Assembly (NCBI GenBank): GCA_964351665.1 | Contig: CAYGPO010000005.1 | Location: forward strand, 1 to 56,645 | Direction of reading: 5' to 3' | Source of the DNA: an uncultured Gammaproteobacteria bacterium | Lineage (GTDB): Bacteria > Pseudomonadota > Gammaproteobacteria > Xanthomonadales > SZUA-38 | DNA: 56,645 nt | In this document: positions 29,052-37,615 of the stretch, piece after piece | How positions within the stretch are numbered: position 1 is the first letter of the stretch | How the letters are laid out: each line of letters starts with the position of its first letter | Notes under the pieces: generated by a model | Told to the model about the DNA's origin: nothing | The model's database searches: none | What the model saw: only the letters and a program-made list of their open reading frames with translations | Translations under genes and position numbers: made by a program

Positions 29052-31034
29052 ATGCCAGACAATTCTACGCCGACAGCACGCCGTAATTTTCTTAAAATCA
29101 GCGGCGCTGGATCCTTAGCCGGGCTCACCGCACCCGCCGTTATCGGAGGACCCCGACCCTCAAAACCCACAGTTGGAGAGCGACGAAACGCTACCAAAAC
29201 CGGGTCCGCGGCAACCCTGACACCGCCGCTGGCGGTACGGGCGCTCAGCAAAATGGGATTTGGGATCAACCGGGGACTGACCGGCTCCAGCAGCGCAAAC
29301 CCCGATGTGATTTTGGCCAGCGGCTTTGAATCTGTGAGCACAAACTTTGCTGCCACCGGTGACCTTGCCTACTTCCAATCTTTGGGAGACAACGACGATG
29401 ATCGTTTAACCGCCTACGTTGATGAGCAGCTCTCGCCCGCCGATGAAGATCCGGAACTGGATGCGCGTATGGCAGAACATGCGGCCAGTTTCACCCAGCT
29501 GGGCCAGTCGCAGACGTCCCTGTTTTCTCAATACGAGTGCGCCAGCTTTCAGGAATATCGCCGGCCCCTGGACGAGGTGGAAAAGTACACCTTTAACGCC
29601 GCCTGCTACAGCCGCTGGCAGCTGAGAGAACTGATGGTGGACTTTTGGCACAACCACCTGAATATTTATGCCCGAATCAATCCCGATGTGTCGGTGTCCT
29701 GGGTTTCCTGGGACAGAGACGTCATGCGGGCCAACGTATTTGGCAATTTCTACGACCTGATCTACGCCTCAAGCCAGCATGCCGCGATGCTTCGTTATTT
29801 GGACAATTATGTCAACGGTGCAGGTGGCGCCATCAATGAGAACTATTGCAGGGAGCTGTTTGAGCTGCACTGCCTGGGCTCTGAAAACTATGTCGGTAAC
29901 GAAAACCCTCGATTCGTCGAGGCGCTGTCTGAAAACCCCTATACAGCCCTGAATGATCCAGAGCTGGAGGATCAGTCTTTGGGTTTCATTGCCGACCCGT
30001 CGTTGCCCATTGCCGCGGTTTACACCGACGACGATGTGCTTACCGCCGCCCAGTCCATGACCGGCTGGCGATACGGCGATCAAAACACCGACACCAGCTG
30101 CGGCACCGGATTGTTCTTTGCCCAGGAAGACGAACACAACAAAGACAGCACCAAAGCGGTGCTGATGCTGGGAGTTGCAGCCATCCCCTCCGGGCTGGAT
30201 GCGGAAACCGAAGGCCGGCTGATTGTCAAAATCGCCGCTTACCATCCGGCTACAGCCCAGCATATAGCTAGAAAACTGTGTCAGAGACTAATCGCCGACG
30301 ATCCACCACAATCGGTGGTGAACGCAGCGGCGGCAACCTTTTTTGCCCATCGTAAAAGCCCTGACCAAATCGCCCGCACCCTGCGAACCATATTGTTATC
30401 CGACGAATTCAAGTCGCCGAGTAACTGGGGTGCCAAGGTACGCCGACCCTTTGAATACGTCGTTTCTGCCATGCGAGCAGCCGGCTGTGACAAGACCTGG
30501 CGGCTTAGCGATGGCGACAGCAGTAATTTTAATCGGAGCTTCGACGGCACCGGCCAAAAGCTGTTTGACTGGCGTACCCCCGACGGCTATCCCGACGTGA
30601 GAAGCCACTGGGAGGGATCAACCACCCTGGTGCAGTGCTGGAGAACCGTAGACGCTCTGCTGGACCGAAACGCGTCCAATGAGGAAACCCGGGTTATGCG
30701 GGCCATTGATATTACGCTCAACAGTTTCAGCGGTGAGCCCACCCCGAGGCAGTTAGTCGAGTTTTGGTGCAACTGGGTGCTAGGTTTTTCTCCATCGGGA
30801 GGCTGGTGCGGGAGCGGCTCCTACAGCAACGCCCCCACCGACATTGGTCGGGCTGCGCTGCAGTTTGTGACCCAGGATTACCCCGGGGACCTGGCCGACG
30901 CCGATACCTGGGGCGCTGACCAGTCGATCCCCAGAGATGAGCTGACCAGGGACGCCGGCAGCCGGCGCTGGCGATCACGCCTGACCGGCCTGGTTAAACT
31001 GATCCTCTGGTCCCCCCAGTTCCTGCAGCGCTAA
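29052..31034 (+). CDS. DUF1800-family protein with Tat signal
   Basis: 660 aa with a twin-arginine motif (ARRNFLKISGAG). The size and its pairing with a downstream DUF1501 gene are typical of the DUF1800/DUF1501 pair. Confidence 0.7.
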   Translation: MPDNSTPTARRNFLKISGAGSLAGLTAPAVIGGPRPSKPTVGERRNATKTGSAATLTPPLAVRALSKMGFGINRGLTGSSSANPDVILASGFESVSTNFAATGDLAYFQSLGDNDDDRLTAYVDEQLSPADEDPELDARMAEHAASFTQLGQSQTSLFSQYECASFQEYRRPLDEVEKYTFNAACYSRWQLRELMVDFWHNHLNIYARINPDVSVSWVSWDRDVMRANVFGNFYDLIYASSQHAAMLRYLDNYVNGAGGAINENYCRELFELHCLGSENYVGNENPRFVEALSENPYTALNDPELEDQSLGFIADPSLPIAAVYTDDDVLTAAQSMTGWRYGDQNTDTSCGTGLFFAQEDEHNKDSTKAVLMLGVAAIPSGLDAETEGRLIVKIAAYHPATAQHIARKLCQRLIADDPPQSVVNAAAATFFAHRKSPDQIARTLRTILLSDEFKSPSNWGAKVRRPFEYVVSAMRAAGCDKTWRLSDGDSSNFNRSFDGTGQKLFDWRTPDGYPDVRSHWEGSTTLVQCWRTVDALLDRNASNEETRVMRAIDITLNSFSGEPTPRQLVEFWCNWVLGFSPSGGWCGSGSYSNAPTDIGRAALQFVTQDYPGDLADADTWGADQSIPRDELTRDAGSRRWRSRLTGLVKLILWSPQFLQR

Positions 31035-31046
31035 AGGAAATCCAAG

Positions 31047-32330
31047 ATGACAAATTTTAATCCAGATCGCCGCCGCCTGTTGTCCGGCCTCGGCGTTGGC
31101 GCCGGCACCCTGGGCGCTGGAGCCCTGGGACTGGGCTTCACCCAGCGGGTAGTCGCCGGCAACATTGGTACCGCACCCACCAAACTGCTGGTGTACCTGT
31201 TTCTTCGAGGTGCGATGGACGGCCTGAGCTACATGGTTCCCACCAGCGGGCCCAACCTGACCAACTATCAAGACAGTCGGGACAGCATCGCTATCGATCC
31301 TGCTAACACCCTAAGTCTTGCGGATATTCCCGGCGGCAATGGTTTTGGCCTCAATCCCCTGTGCCCGGATCTTTATGGCATTCGCAACAATGTGGCATTT
31401 ATCCACGCCTGCGGCCATCCCTTAGATGCCCTGACCCGAAGCCACTTTGACGCCCAGGAAGAGATCGAACTGGGCACGCCGGGGGATCAATCGGCCACGG
31501 GCGGGGGGTTCCTGGCCCGATATCTGAGCGCCATACCCCACAGCGGCGACGCCGTGTTCACGGGTCTTGCCTCCAGCACCAATACGCCGGTGAGCCTGAC
31601 GGGCTACTCCGATGTAGCCACCCTGGACTCGGCCGGCGGCTTCAGCCCCAACACCGGAACCTATGCAGATACCCACCTGGCAGGCTTGGGAGAAATGTAC
31701 CGGGGCGGAACCGGATCCTTAGATCTGGCAGCCCAGTCAGCACTGGACGCGGTGGAGCTGATTAATTCTTTTGAAATTTCTGGCTATACGCCAGCCGGCG
31801 GCGTGGTTTATCCCGACACCAGCATCGGCAGGGATCTGTCCTTCATCGCCCAGATGTGGAAGCTGGACCTGGGGATCGCCGTCGCCTCCCTGGATAAAGG
31901 CGGCTGGGACACCCACAACAACCAGCAACCGTTAAATACCAACACAGCCTTTGGACAAAATATTCGCGAGGTCAGCGAAGCCGTGGCCGCGTTCTATCTG
32001 GACATCGCCAGCGATGCCAACAAGAGTGCTGACGACGTCTGTCTAGTTATTCAGTCGGAGTTTGGCCGTCAGGTCAGCGAAAATGGCAACCGCGGCACCG
32101 ACCATGGTTATGGTAATCCAATGACGGTTATTGGAGGTCGCGTTGCCGGCGGAGTTTATGGCTCTTTTCCCAGCATCGCCGTGCAGGATAGACAGGGCGA
32201 TGCGCTGGTTCCCACCACGGATTTCCGCCAGGTCCACGCCAGCGCCATGAATGTGGTGTTAGGCGCTGATGCCGGCGTGATTGGCAGCGTATTTCCAGGC
32301 TACAACTACAGCCCCATTAATATCATCTGA
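31047..32330 (+). CDS. DUF1501-family (sulfatase/alkaline-phosphatase-fold-like) protein with Tat signal
   Basis: 427 aa with a Tat motif (DRRRLLSGLGVGAG) and a C-terminal SEFGR...N...GTDHG motif typical of DUF1501. It lies 12 nt after the DUF1800 gene. Confidence 0.75.
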   Translation: MTNFNPDRRRLLSGLGVGAGTLGAGALGLGFTQRVVAGNIGTAPTKLLVYLFLRGAMDGLSYMVPTSGPNLTNYQDSRDSIAIDPANTLSLADIPGGNGFGLNPLCPDLYGIRNNVAFIHACGHPLDALTRSHFDAQEEIELGTPGDQSATGGGFLARYLSAIPHSGDAVFTGLASSTNTPVSLTGYSDVATLDSAGGFSPNTGTYADTHLAGLGEMYRGGTGSLDLAAQSALDAVELINSFEISGYTPAGGVVYPDTSIGRDLSFIAQMWKLDLGIAVASLDKGGWDTHNNQQPLNTNTAFGQNIREVSEAVAAFYLDIASDANKSADDVCLVIQSEFGRQVSENGNRGTDHGYGNPMTVIGGRVAGGVYGSFPSIAVQDRQGDALVPTTDFRQVHASAMNVVLGADAGVIGSVFPGYNYSPINII

Positions 32331-32355
32331 GCCGTCAGCAACCTACGATCTTTAT

Positions 32356-32383
32356 GGATAATGCGGGCTAGAAATCTGCGCCG
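32356..32383. repeat. solo copy of an intergenic repeat arm (ggataatgcgggctagaaatctgcgccg)
   Basis: It matches 51616-51641 (ataatgcgggctaggagtctgcgccg) at 24/26 positions. The site lies between convergent gene ends and is followed by an imperfect GC-rich hairpin. Confidence 0.7.
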
Positions 32384-32498
32384 GCGGAAGTTCCCGCGGC
32401 GCGCATCCCAAATTTGCTGAGGCTTTATTGAGCAGGATCAGGGGTGAAGGTCTTGCCCGGTGCGGCCATGACCTTCATTGTCTGTGAACTGAAGCAAG

Positions 32499-33788
32499 TC
32501 AGGCGCTGACTTTACACTGGGGTACAGCGAACTGGTCGGCGGCCCGATCCAGGGCAGCCCCTAAATCTGCGGCCAGGTCGGCAGCGTCTTCTATGCCCAC
32601 TGACAGACGAAGCAGGGTTGACCCTATGCCGGCTTCCCGGCGCGCCTCCTCGCTCATGGCAGCGTGGGTCATGGTTGCCGGATGAGCCACCAGGGACTCA
32701 ACGCCGCCCAGAGATTCCGCCAGGGAAAACAGCTTCAATTCGCTCAAAAAGGTTGTCACCTCGCGGGTGTCACCCTTCAATTCAAAACTCACCATGCCAC
32801 CGAATCCCGACTGCTGCTTGCGCGCGACCGCGTGGCCAGGGTGGCTGTTTAGACCCGGATAATACACTTTGGAAACCGCCGGATGGGCGGTAAGAATATC
32901 CACCAGTCGGCGGGCATTGGACTCATGCTGGGCCACCCGGACTTTCAGGGTACGGATTCCTCGCAGGGTCAGGAAGCTATCAAAGGGCGATCCGGTAACC
33001 CCTGTGCAGTTGGCCCACCAGGCCAACTGCTCCAGCAGCTGGGGCGTTTTTGCCACCACCGCGCCGCCCACAACGTCGCTGTGGCCGTTGAGATATTTGG
33101 TGGTTGAGTGAACAACGATATCGGCGCCCAGGGCAAGGGGCTGCTGCAGGGCGGGAGAGAGAAAGGTGTTGTCAGCCACCACCAGCGCGTCCACTTCTCG
33201 CGCCGCCTCACCTAGAGCCCGCACGTCGCTCACCCTCAGCAGCGGATTGCTGGGAGTTTCCAGCCAAACCAGCCGCGGCTTGAGGGCCAAAATCTGCTCT
33301 CGGGCCTTATCAGTATCGGAAAAGTCGATGAACTTGAGCTTCAGCTTCTTTTGTTTTTCCAGATTCTCCAGCAGCCGATAGCAGCCGCCGTAACAATCGT
33401 GGGGTGCCAGCACCAGATCGTTTGCCGCCAGCAGATGGGTTACCAGATAAACCGCGGACATGCCTGATGAGGTAATGACCGCGCCTGCGCCGCCTTCCAG
33501 ATCGCTGATCGCATCACCCAGCAGATCCCGGGTTGGATTGCCGGATCGGGTGTAATCATACTTGCGCTTATCGTCAAAACCACGGAAGGCGAAGTTGCTC
33601 GACAGATACAGTGGCGGTACCACCGCACCGTGCTCCAGATCCGATTCGATACCCGTTCGAACGGCCACCGTAGCCGCGCTGAGCCGGGGCGGCTGGGCGG
33701 ACACAATACTCTGCACAGAACCAGATCGGCTCTCGCTGGTGGTAGCAGTTGTAGGGTTGTTCTGACTTTCTTGCTGGCTCATTTCCAA
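32499..33788 (-). CDS. metB: cystathionine gamma-synthase
   Basis: 429 aa with long stretches matching what I recall of E. coli MetB (APHDCYGG.YRL, SPSNPLLRV, DNTFLSPALQ.PLALGAD.V.HS.TKYLNGHSDVV, AESLGGVESL). It has a ~40-aa Ser/Thr/Gln-rich N-terminal extension. ATG 33782 is an alternative start. Confidence 0.9.
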   Translation of the reverse strand: MEMSQQESQNNPTTATTSESRSGSVQSIVSAQPPRLSAATVAVRTGIESDLEHGAVVPPLYLSSNFAFRGFDDKRKYDYTRSGNPTRDLLGDAISDLEGGAGAVITSSGMSAVYLVTHLLAANDLVLAPHDCYGGCYRLLENLEKQKKLKLKFIDFSDTDKAREQILALKPRLVWLETPSNPLLRVSDVRALGEAAREVDALVVADNTFLSPALQQPLALGADIVVHSTTKYLNGHSDVVGGAVVAKTPQLLEQLAWWANCTGVTGSPFDSFLTLRGIRTLKVRVAQHESNARRLVDILTAHPAVSKVYYPGLNSHPGHAVARKQQSGFGGMVSFELKGDTREVTTFLSELKLFSLAESLGGVESLVAHPATMTHAAMSEEARREAGIGSTLLRLSVGIEDAADLAADLGAALDRAADQFAVPQCKVSA

Positions 33789-33877
33789 TGCTCTCCGTTA
33801 ATCGGGGACTCATTGGTCCTGCACCAGAAGGCAACAAGATGGGCGTCGGGTCCTTAAGCAAAAGCTCTTTCTCCAAC

Positions 33878-34000
33878 ACTCATTTGCCGAAAAACAGAGC
33901 TTGCTCTGGCTTCCGCAGGAATTGGCACCTTGTTGAACGGGTTAGGTTCACAGGTTGCCCCGGCTTCAAAGGGCCTATCCCTCCGCCGGTCTCAATGAGT
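33878..34000 (-). promoter_or_regulatory. SAM-I (S-box) riboswitch aptamer in the metB leader
   Basis: The minus strand reads actcattGAGaccggcGGAGGGAtaGGCCCtttGAAGCCggGGCAACCtgtgaacctaacccgttcaacaAGGTGCCAATTCCtgcgg...tcggcaaatgagt. All conserved S-box core blocks are present, and the P1 helix is actcatt/aatgagt. Confidence 0.85.
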
Positions 34001-34008
34001 ACGCAGCT

Positions 34009-34037
34009 AGTAAAACCGCTGACGCCGGAGAAGTCAA
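34009..34037 (-). promoter_or_regulatory. putative sigma70 promoter for the riboswitch-metB transcript
   Basis: The minus strand reads TTGACT-N17-TTTACT, ending ~8 nt before the P1 helix. An AT-rich stretch lies upstream. Confidence 0.45.
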
Positions 34038-34065
34038 TATCTTTTTATTGGAATATAGAGATATG

Positions 34066-35460
34066 TCACGATACGGAAGCATCGGGTGCTGCCGGTTGAG
34101 TGCTCGGGGAGCCCAAAGTGCTATTGGTTTCCGCTGACGCCCCATCGCCGGTAACACCGTCGTCTACGGTGAACTCAGGAAAGTAGATGGTCGCACAGGT
34201 GCCGGTGCCCAACTCTGACTGTATTTCAATCGGCCAGCCAAACCGGTCCGCCAGTCGTTTAACAATGGTGAGCCCAACCCCATGGCCACCCTTACCGCTG
34301 CGTCCGCCGCGGTAAAACGGCTCAAAAACCCGAGATACCGCGTCTTTCGACATGCCTACGCCCGTGTCATCAACCGACACAAAGCCCCGCCCGATGATCA
34401 CCTTGACCGCACCATCATTGGTGTAGGCGCAGGCATTGCGGATCAAGTTACCCACCATCACCGCCAACACGCTGGGGGGCCCCATCACGTGGAGCTGCAC
34501 CCGGTCGCTTTGGCGCAGCTTAACCTGCTTGTTGCGCACCAGAAATTCATAGCGCTCCAGCTCATCGGCCACCACATCGTTGACGTTGAACTCTTTAACC
34601 GCAAGCCCCTCGCCGCTTTCCCTGGCCAGCATCAGCAGGGCTTCAATCAACGCCTGCATATCTTTCGCGACGCCCTGAATACGGCGCACGGTGCGCTCTT
34701 GATACGGCGCCATCTCACCTTCTTCCAGCAGCATGTCGGCGGCCATCTGGATCACCGTCACGGGACTTCGAAGTTCATGGCTTGCATCACGGGTAAAACT
34801 TTTCTCCCGCTCCACGAAGCGCTGGATCCGTCCGCCCAGCTGGCGCAGCGCGCTGGTCAGCACATAGACCTCGTCGTGACTGTTAGCAAATTTTTCCGGG
34901 TCGAACTCTGCTTCGTCAAGGCGGTTCAAATTCAAATTTTCCACCCTGCGGGCCAGCTGCACCAGCGGCGAAACGGCGCTGTGGGACATCCGATAAGTCC
35001 ACCAGGTGATCAGGTAAATGGTCAGCAAGACGATGCCCAAAGGCACCACCCCGAACAGCAGCGACAGGGACAACACATATTCCTGCTGAAACACCAGATA
35101 CAGGGTTCCCACGTCGCGCCGGGTGACAAAGGCAATCGCGCCAGGCAGGGCCGGATCCAGTTTATGGAACCCTTCATCCAGAGCTGCCAAGTAGTTGGGC
35201 AACAGGTCGCTGGCAGAGCGCCTGACATAGCCTCGCAGGTTGGTGGTATGGGGTGGTGGCGCGTGGGGATCGTCGCGCAGGCGTTGAGTAAGGGTGTCAG
35301 CCTCGTCGTACAGAGCACGCTCTACCAGGGAGCCCTGTAGCACCCAGGAGGTACCGGCGACGCCCAGCAGCAACGCCAGGGAAATGGCTCCAGCCTGCAG
35401 CGCAAAACTAAAAAACAGCCGGCGTCTAACGCCTTGACGTTGAACGCCGGGGCCGGCCAC
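34066..35460 (-). CDS. two-component sensor histidine kinase
   Basis: Two TM helices, HisKA (FTRDASHELRSP) and HATPase_c (DDTGVGM, GGHGVGLTIVKRL). I set the start to GTG 35460, 1 nt after the response-regulator stop, and rejected the track extension to 35553. Confidence 0.85.
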   Translation of the reverse strand: MAGPGVQRQGVRRRLFFSFALQAGAISLALLLGVAGTSWVLQGSLVERALYDEADTLTQRLRDDPHAPPPHTTNLRGYVRRSASDLLPNYLAALDEGFHKLDPALPGAIAFVTRRDVGTLYLVFQQEYVLSLSLLFGVVPLGIVLLTIYLITWWTYRMSHSAVSPLVQLARRVENLNLNRLDEAEFDPEKFANSHDEVYVLTSALRQLGGRIQRFVEREKSFTRDASHELRSPVTVIQMAADMLLEEGEMAPYQERTVRRIQGVAKDMQALIEALLMLARESGEGLAVKEFNVNDVVADELERYEFLVRNKQVKLRQSDRVQLHVMGPPSVLAVMVGNLIRNACAYTNDGAVKVIIGRGFVSVDDTGVGMSKDAVSRVFEPFYRGGRSGKGGHGVGLTIVKRLADRFGWPIEIQSELGTGTCATIYFPEFTVDDGVTGDGASAETNSTLGSPSTQPAAPDASVS

Positions 35461-35461
35461 G

Positions 35462-36175
35462 TCAGGCCTCGCTGGCCTCTTCCTGCAGGTCAGCCAGCCG
35501 ATAACCAGCGCTGTGGATCGTGTGCAGCAACGGCCTGTCGAAGGGCTTGTCAATCACCTTGCGCAGGTTGTACAGGTGGCTTCTAAGGGTGTCGCTGTCA
35601 GGCAAAACGTCACCCCAGACCTCATGCTCAATGTCTCGACGAGAAACCACTTTGGGCGACTCACGCATCAAAATGGTTAGCAGCTTGAGGGCGATGGGTG
35701 ACACAGAAAGCTCTTTGCCATCGCGGCGCAGTTGCAGCGTTGAGGTGTCCAGAGACATATCGCCTACGGTCAAGATCTCGTGACTCACCTGCCGCCGGGA
35801 ACGCCGTATCAGCGCCCCGATTCGCGCGCAAAGCTCGCGAATCTCGAAGGGCTTCACCAGATAATCATCCGCGCCGGCATCCAGGCCTTCGACTTTGTCG
35901 TCCAGGGTGTCGCGGGCCGTAAGCATGATTACCGGCGTCGCGCTCTTACCGTCCTGGCGCAATCGTCGGCACAAAGCTAAACCGTCCATACCTGGCAGCA
36001 TCAGGTCCAGCACGATGCAGTCATAGGTATTGGTGACCGCCAAATGAAGCCCGGTAAGGCCGTCAGCGGCGAAATCCATACGATATCCGCGACGTTCCAG
36101 GTATTCCGACGCCAGCTCAGCGATATCGTGATTATCCTCAATCATGAGGATCAGACCCTGATCATCTGCTCCCAT
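35462..36175 (-). CDS. OmpR-family response regulator
   Basis: 237 aa with a REC domain (ILMIEDN...DCIVLDLMLPGMDG) and a winged-helix C-terminus (LT..E..LL..L......V.SR..I...VW). Confidence 0.9.
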   Translation of the reverse strand: MGADDQGLILMIEDNHDIAELASEYLERRGYRMDFAADGLTGLHLAVTNTYDCIVLDLMLPGMDGLALCRRLRQDGKSATPVIMLTARDTLDDKVEGLDAGADDYLVKPFEIRELCARIGALIRRSRRQVSHEILTVGDMSLDTSTLQLRRDGKELSVSPIALKLLTILMRESPKVVSRRDIEHEVWGDVLPDSDTLRSHLYNLRKVIDKPFDRPLLHTIHSAGYRLADLQEEASEA

Positions 36176-36255
36176 GTGATCGACTCCATGTGAATAGTTA
36201 TTTTTGGACTCTAAGTATAGGTGGCCTGGATATGATGGACACGTGAAGCCACCGA

Positions 36256-36936
36256 TTAGTCAGGCCCGGGACAGGTAATCACTTCTGGCACCAGATGAGA
36301 AATGACGTTGTCGGCAATGACTGGCTGGGCCTTGGCGGTGGGGTGAATGCCGTCGGCCTGGATCATTCCGGGCACCAAAGCCACGCCTTCCAAAAGAAAG
36401 GGCACCCTGATCAAGCCAAGCTCACTGGCCAGATCGGCATAGATTTGAGCAAACGCCCGGCGATAGCGCGCGCCATAATTGCCCGGTATCTGCATCCCAG
36501 CCAGCACAACCCTGGCCCCAGTAGCGGTGGATTTCACCACAATCTCACGCAGATTTTCGTACAACTCCGTCGTAGGCAAACCCCGCAGCCCGTCATTTCC
36601 CCCCAGTTCAACCAGGACGATGGTTGGATGGTGTGACGCCAGCAGGTCGGGTAATCTTGCCAATCCACCCGCCGAGGTATCGCCACTGATGCTGGCGTTG
36701 ATCACCGCCACGCCGCAGGGATCAAGATTATTGGCCAGCAGATCTACCCAGCCGCTGCCCAGCGGCAGGTTGTACGCGGCGCTGAGACTATCGCCCAACA
36801 CCAACAGGCGAGACGGATGCCCTGGACGATCCAGCGCCAGCACGTTGGCAGACAACCCCGGCGCCAGTGCGCTGATCACCAGCGCCACAAGGAAGCCTGA
36901 CTTGCGAGATGAGATATTGAACAATCGATTTATCAT
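36256..36936 (-). CDS. tesA: SGNH/GDSL arylesterase / thioesterase I-lysophospholipase L1
   Basis: Signal peptide followed by LVLGDSLSAAY (GDSL block), then GGNDGLRG and D.IHP blocks. It is divergent from ybbA, as in E. coli. I set the start to ATG 36936 (MINRLF...). Confidence 0.85.
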   Translation of the reverse strand: MINRLFNISSRKSGFLVALVISALAPGLSANVLALDRPGHPSRLLVLGDSLSAAYNLPLGSGWVDLLANNLDPCGVAVINASISGDTSAGGLARLPDLLASHHPTIVLVELGGNDGLRGLPTTELYENLREIVVKSTATGARVVLAGMQIPGNYGARYRRAFAQIYADLASELGLIRVPFLLEGVALVPGMIQADGIHPTAKAQPVIADNVISHLVPEVITCPGPD

Positions 36937-37615
36937 AGACGCTAAGGATATAAGCAAAGTGGTTGACGGGCCAGGCGGCGCGCTGACCATCCTCAAGCCC
37001 ACAAGTCTAAGCATACAGGCCGGCGACTCGGTGGCGGTAGTAGGCCCCTCCGGGTCTGGCAAGACCACTCTGCTGGGGCTGCTGGCTGGCCTGGATCAAC
37101 CCTCTGGCGGCCAGGTCGAACTGCTGGGTCAGGACCTGACCCAAATGTCCGAAGACCAGCGCGCCGCTCTGCGCGGCCGCGCTGTGGGATTTGTGTTTCA
37201 ATCCTTCCATCTGCTGGACAGCCTGACAGCCCTGGAAAATGTCACCTTGCCCCTGGAACTCAGCGGCGCTGGTGACGAAATCCGCAAAGCCCAGGAAATC
37301 CTCCAGCGTGTGGGCCTGGGACCCAGGCTTGATCACTACCCAAACCAGCTGTCCGGGGGCGAAAAGCAGCGGGTGGCCATCGCCAGAGCCTACGCCGGCG
37401 CTCCCCAGATCCTGTTTGCCGACGAGCCCACCGGCAATCTGGACAGCGACACCGGCAAAGAAATCACTGACCTGCTGTTCGAACTCAATCAACACGGCGG
37501 CACCGCGCTGGTGCTGGTGACCCACGAAGAACGTCTGGCCCAACGCTGCGGCCGAATTGTCCGACTGGAAGCGGGCCAGATCCAGTCGGATTCTGGCGGC
37601 GTTGTGTCAGCATGA
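36917..37615 (+). CDS. ybbA: ABC transporter ATP-binding protein YbbA-like
   Basis: Walker A GPSGSGKTT, signature LSGGEKQRVAIARA, Walker B LFADEPTGNLD. No in-frame ATG lies at a sensible distance, so TTG 36917 (MNNRFIIDAKDISKVV) is proposed. The start is uncertain. Confidence 0.8.
   Translation: MNNRFIIDAKDISKVVDGPGGALTILKPTSLSIQAGDSVAVVGPSGSGKTTLLGLLAGLDQPSGGQVELLGQDLTQMSEDQRAALRGRAVGFVFQSFHLLDSLTALENVTLPLELSGAGDEIRKAQEILQRVGLGPRLDHYPNQLSGGEKQRVAIARAYAGAPQILFADEPTGNLDSDTGKEITDLLFELNQHGGTALVLVTHEERLAQRCGRIVRLEAGQIQSDSGGVVSA

Noticed and set aside
33788-34157. Plus- and minus-strand ORFs of 60-103 aa across the metB leader (33788-34099 +, 33955-34137 +, 33975-34157 -).
   Set aside because: The region is explained by a SAM-I riboswitch, its promoter and the 3' end of the sensor kinase gene. 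The ORFs have no SD and no family resemblance.
36479-36916. Long N-terminal extensions of several track ORFs: ybbA (36479-36916), tesA (36937-37068), xthA (46563-46838), yjbQ (13241-13324), the sensor kinase (35461-35553), GTPase 2 (27431-27643) and DUF4124 (50671-50733).
   Set aside because: The extensions run antisense through, or overlap, neighbouring real genes. They lack family-like sequence. Internal starts give N-termini matching the known families and produce typical ATGA/TGATG-type gene junctions.
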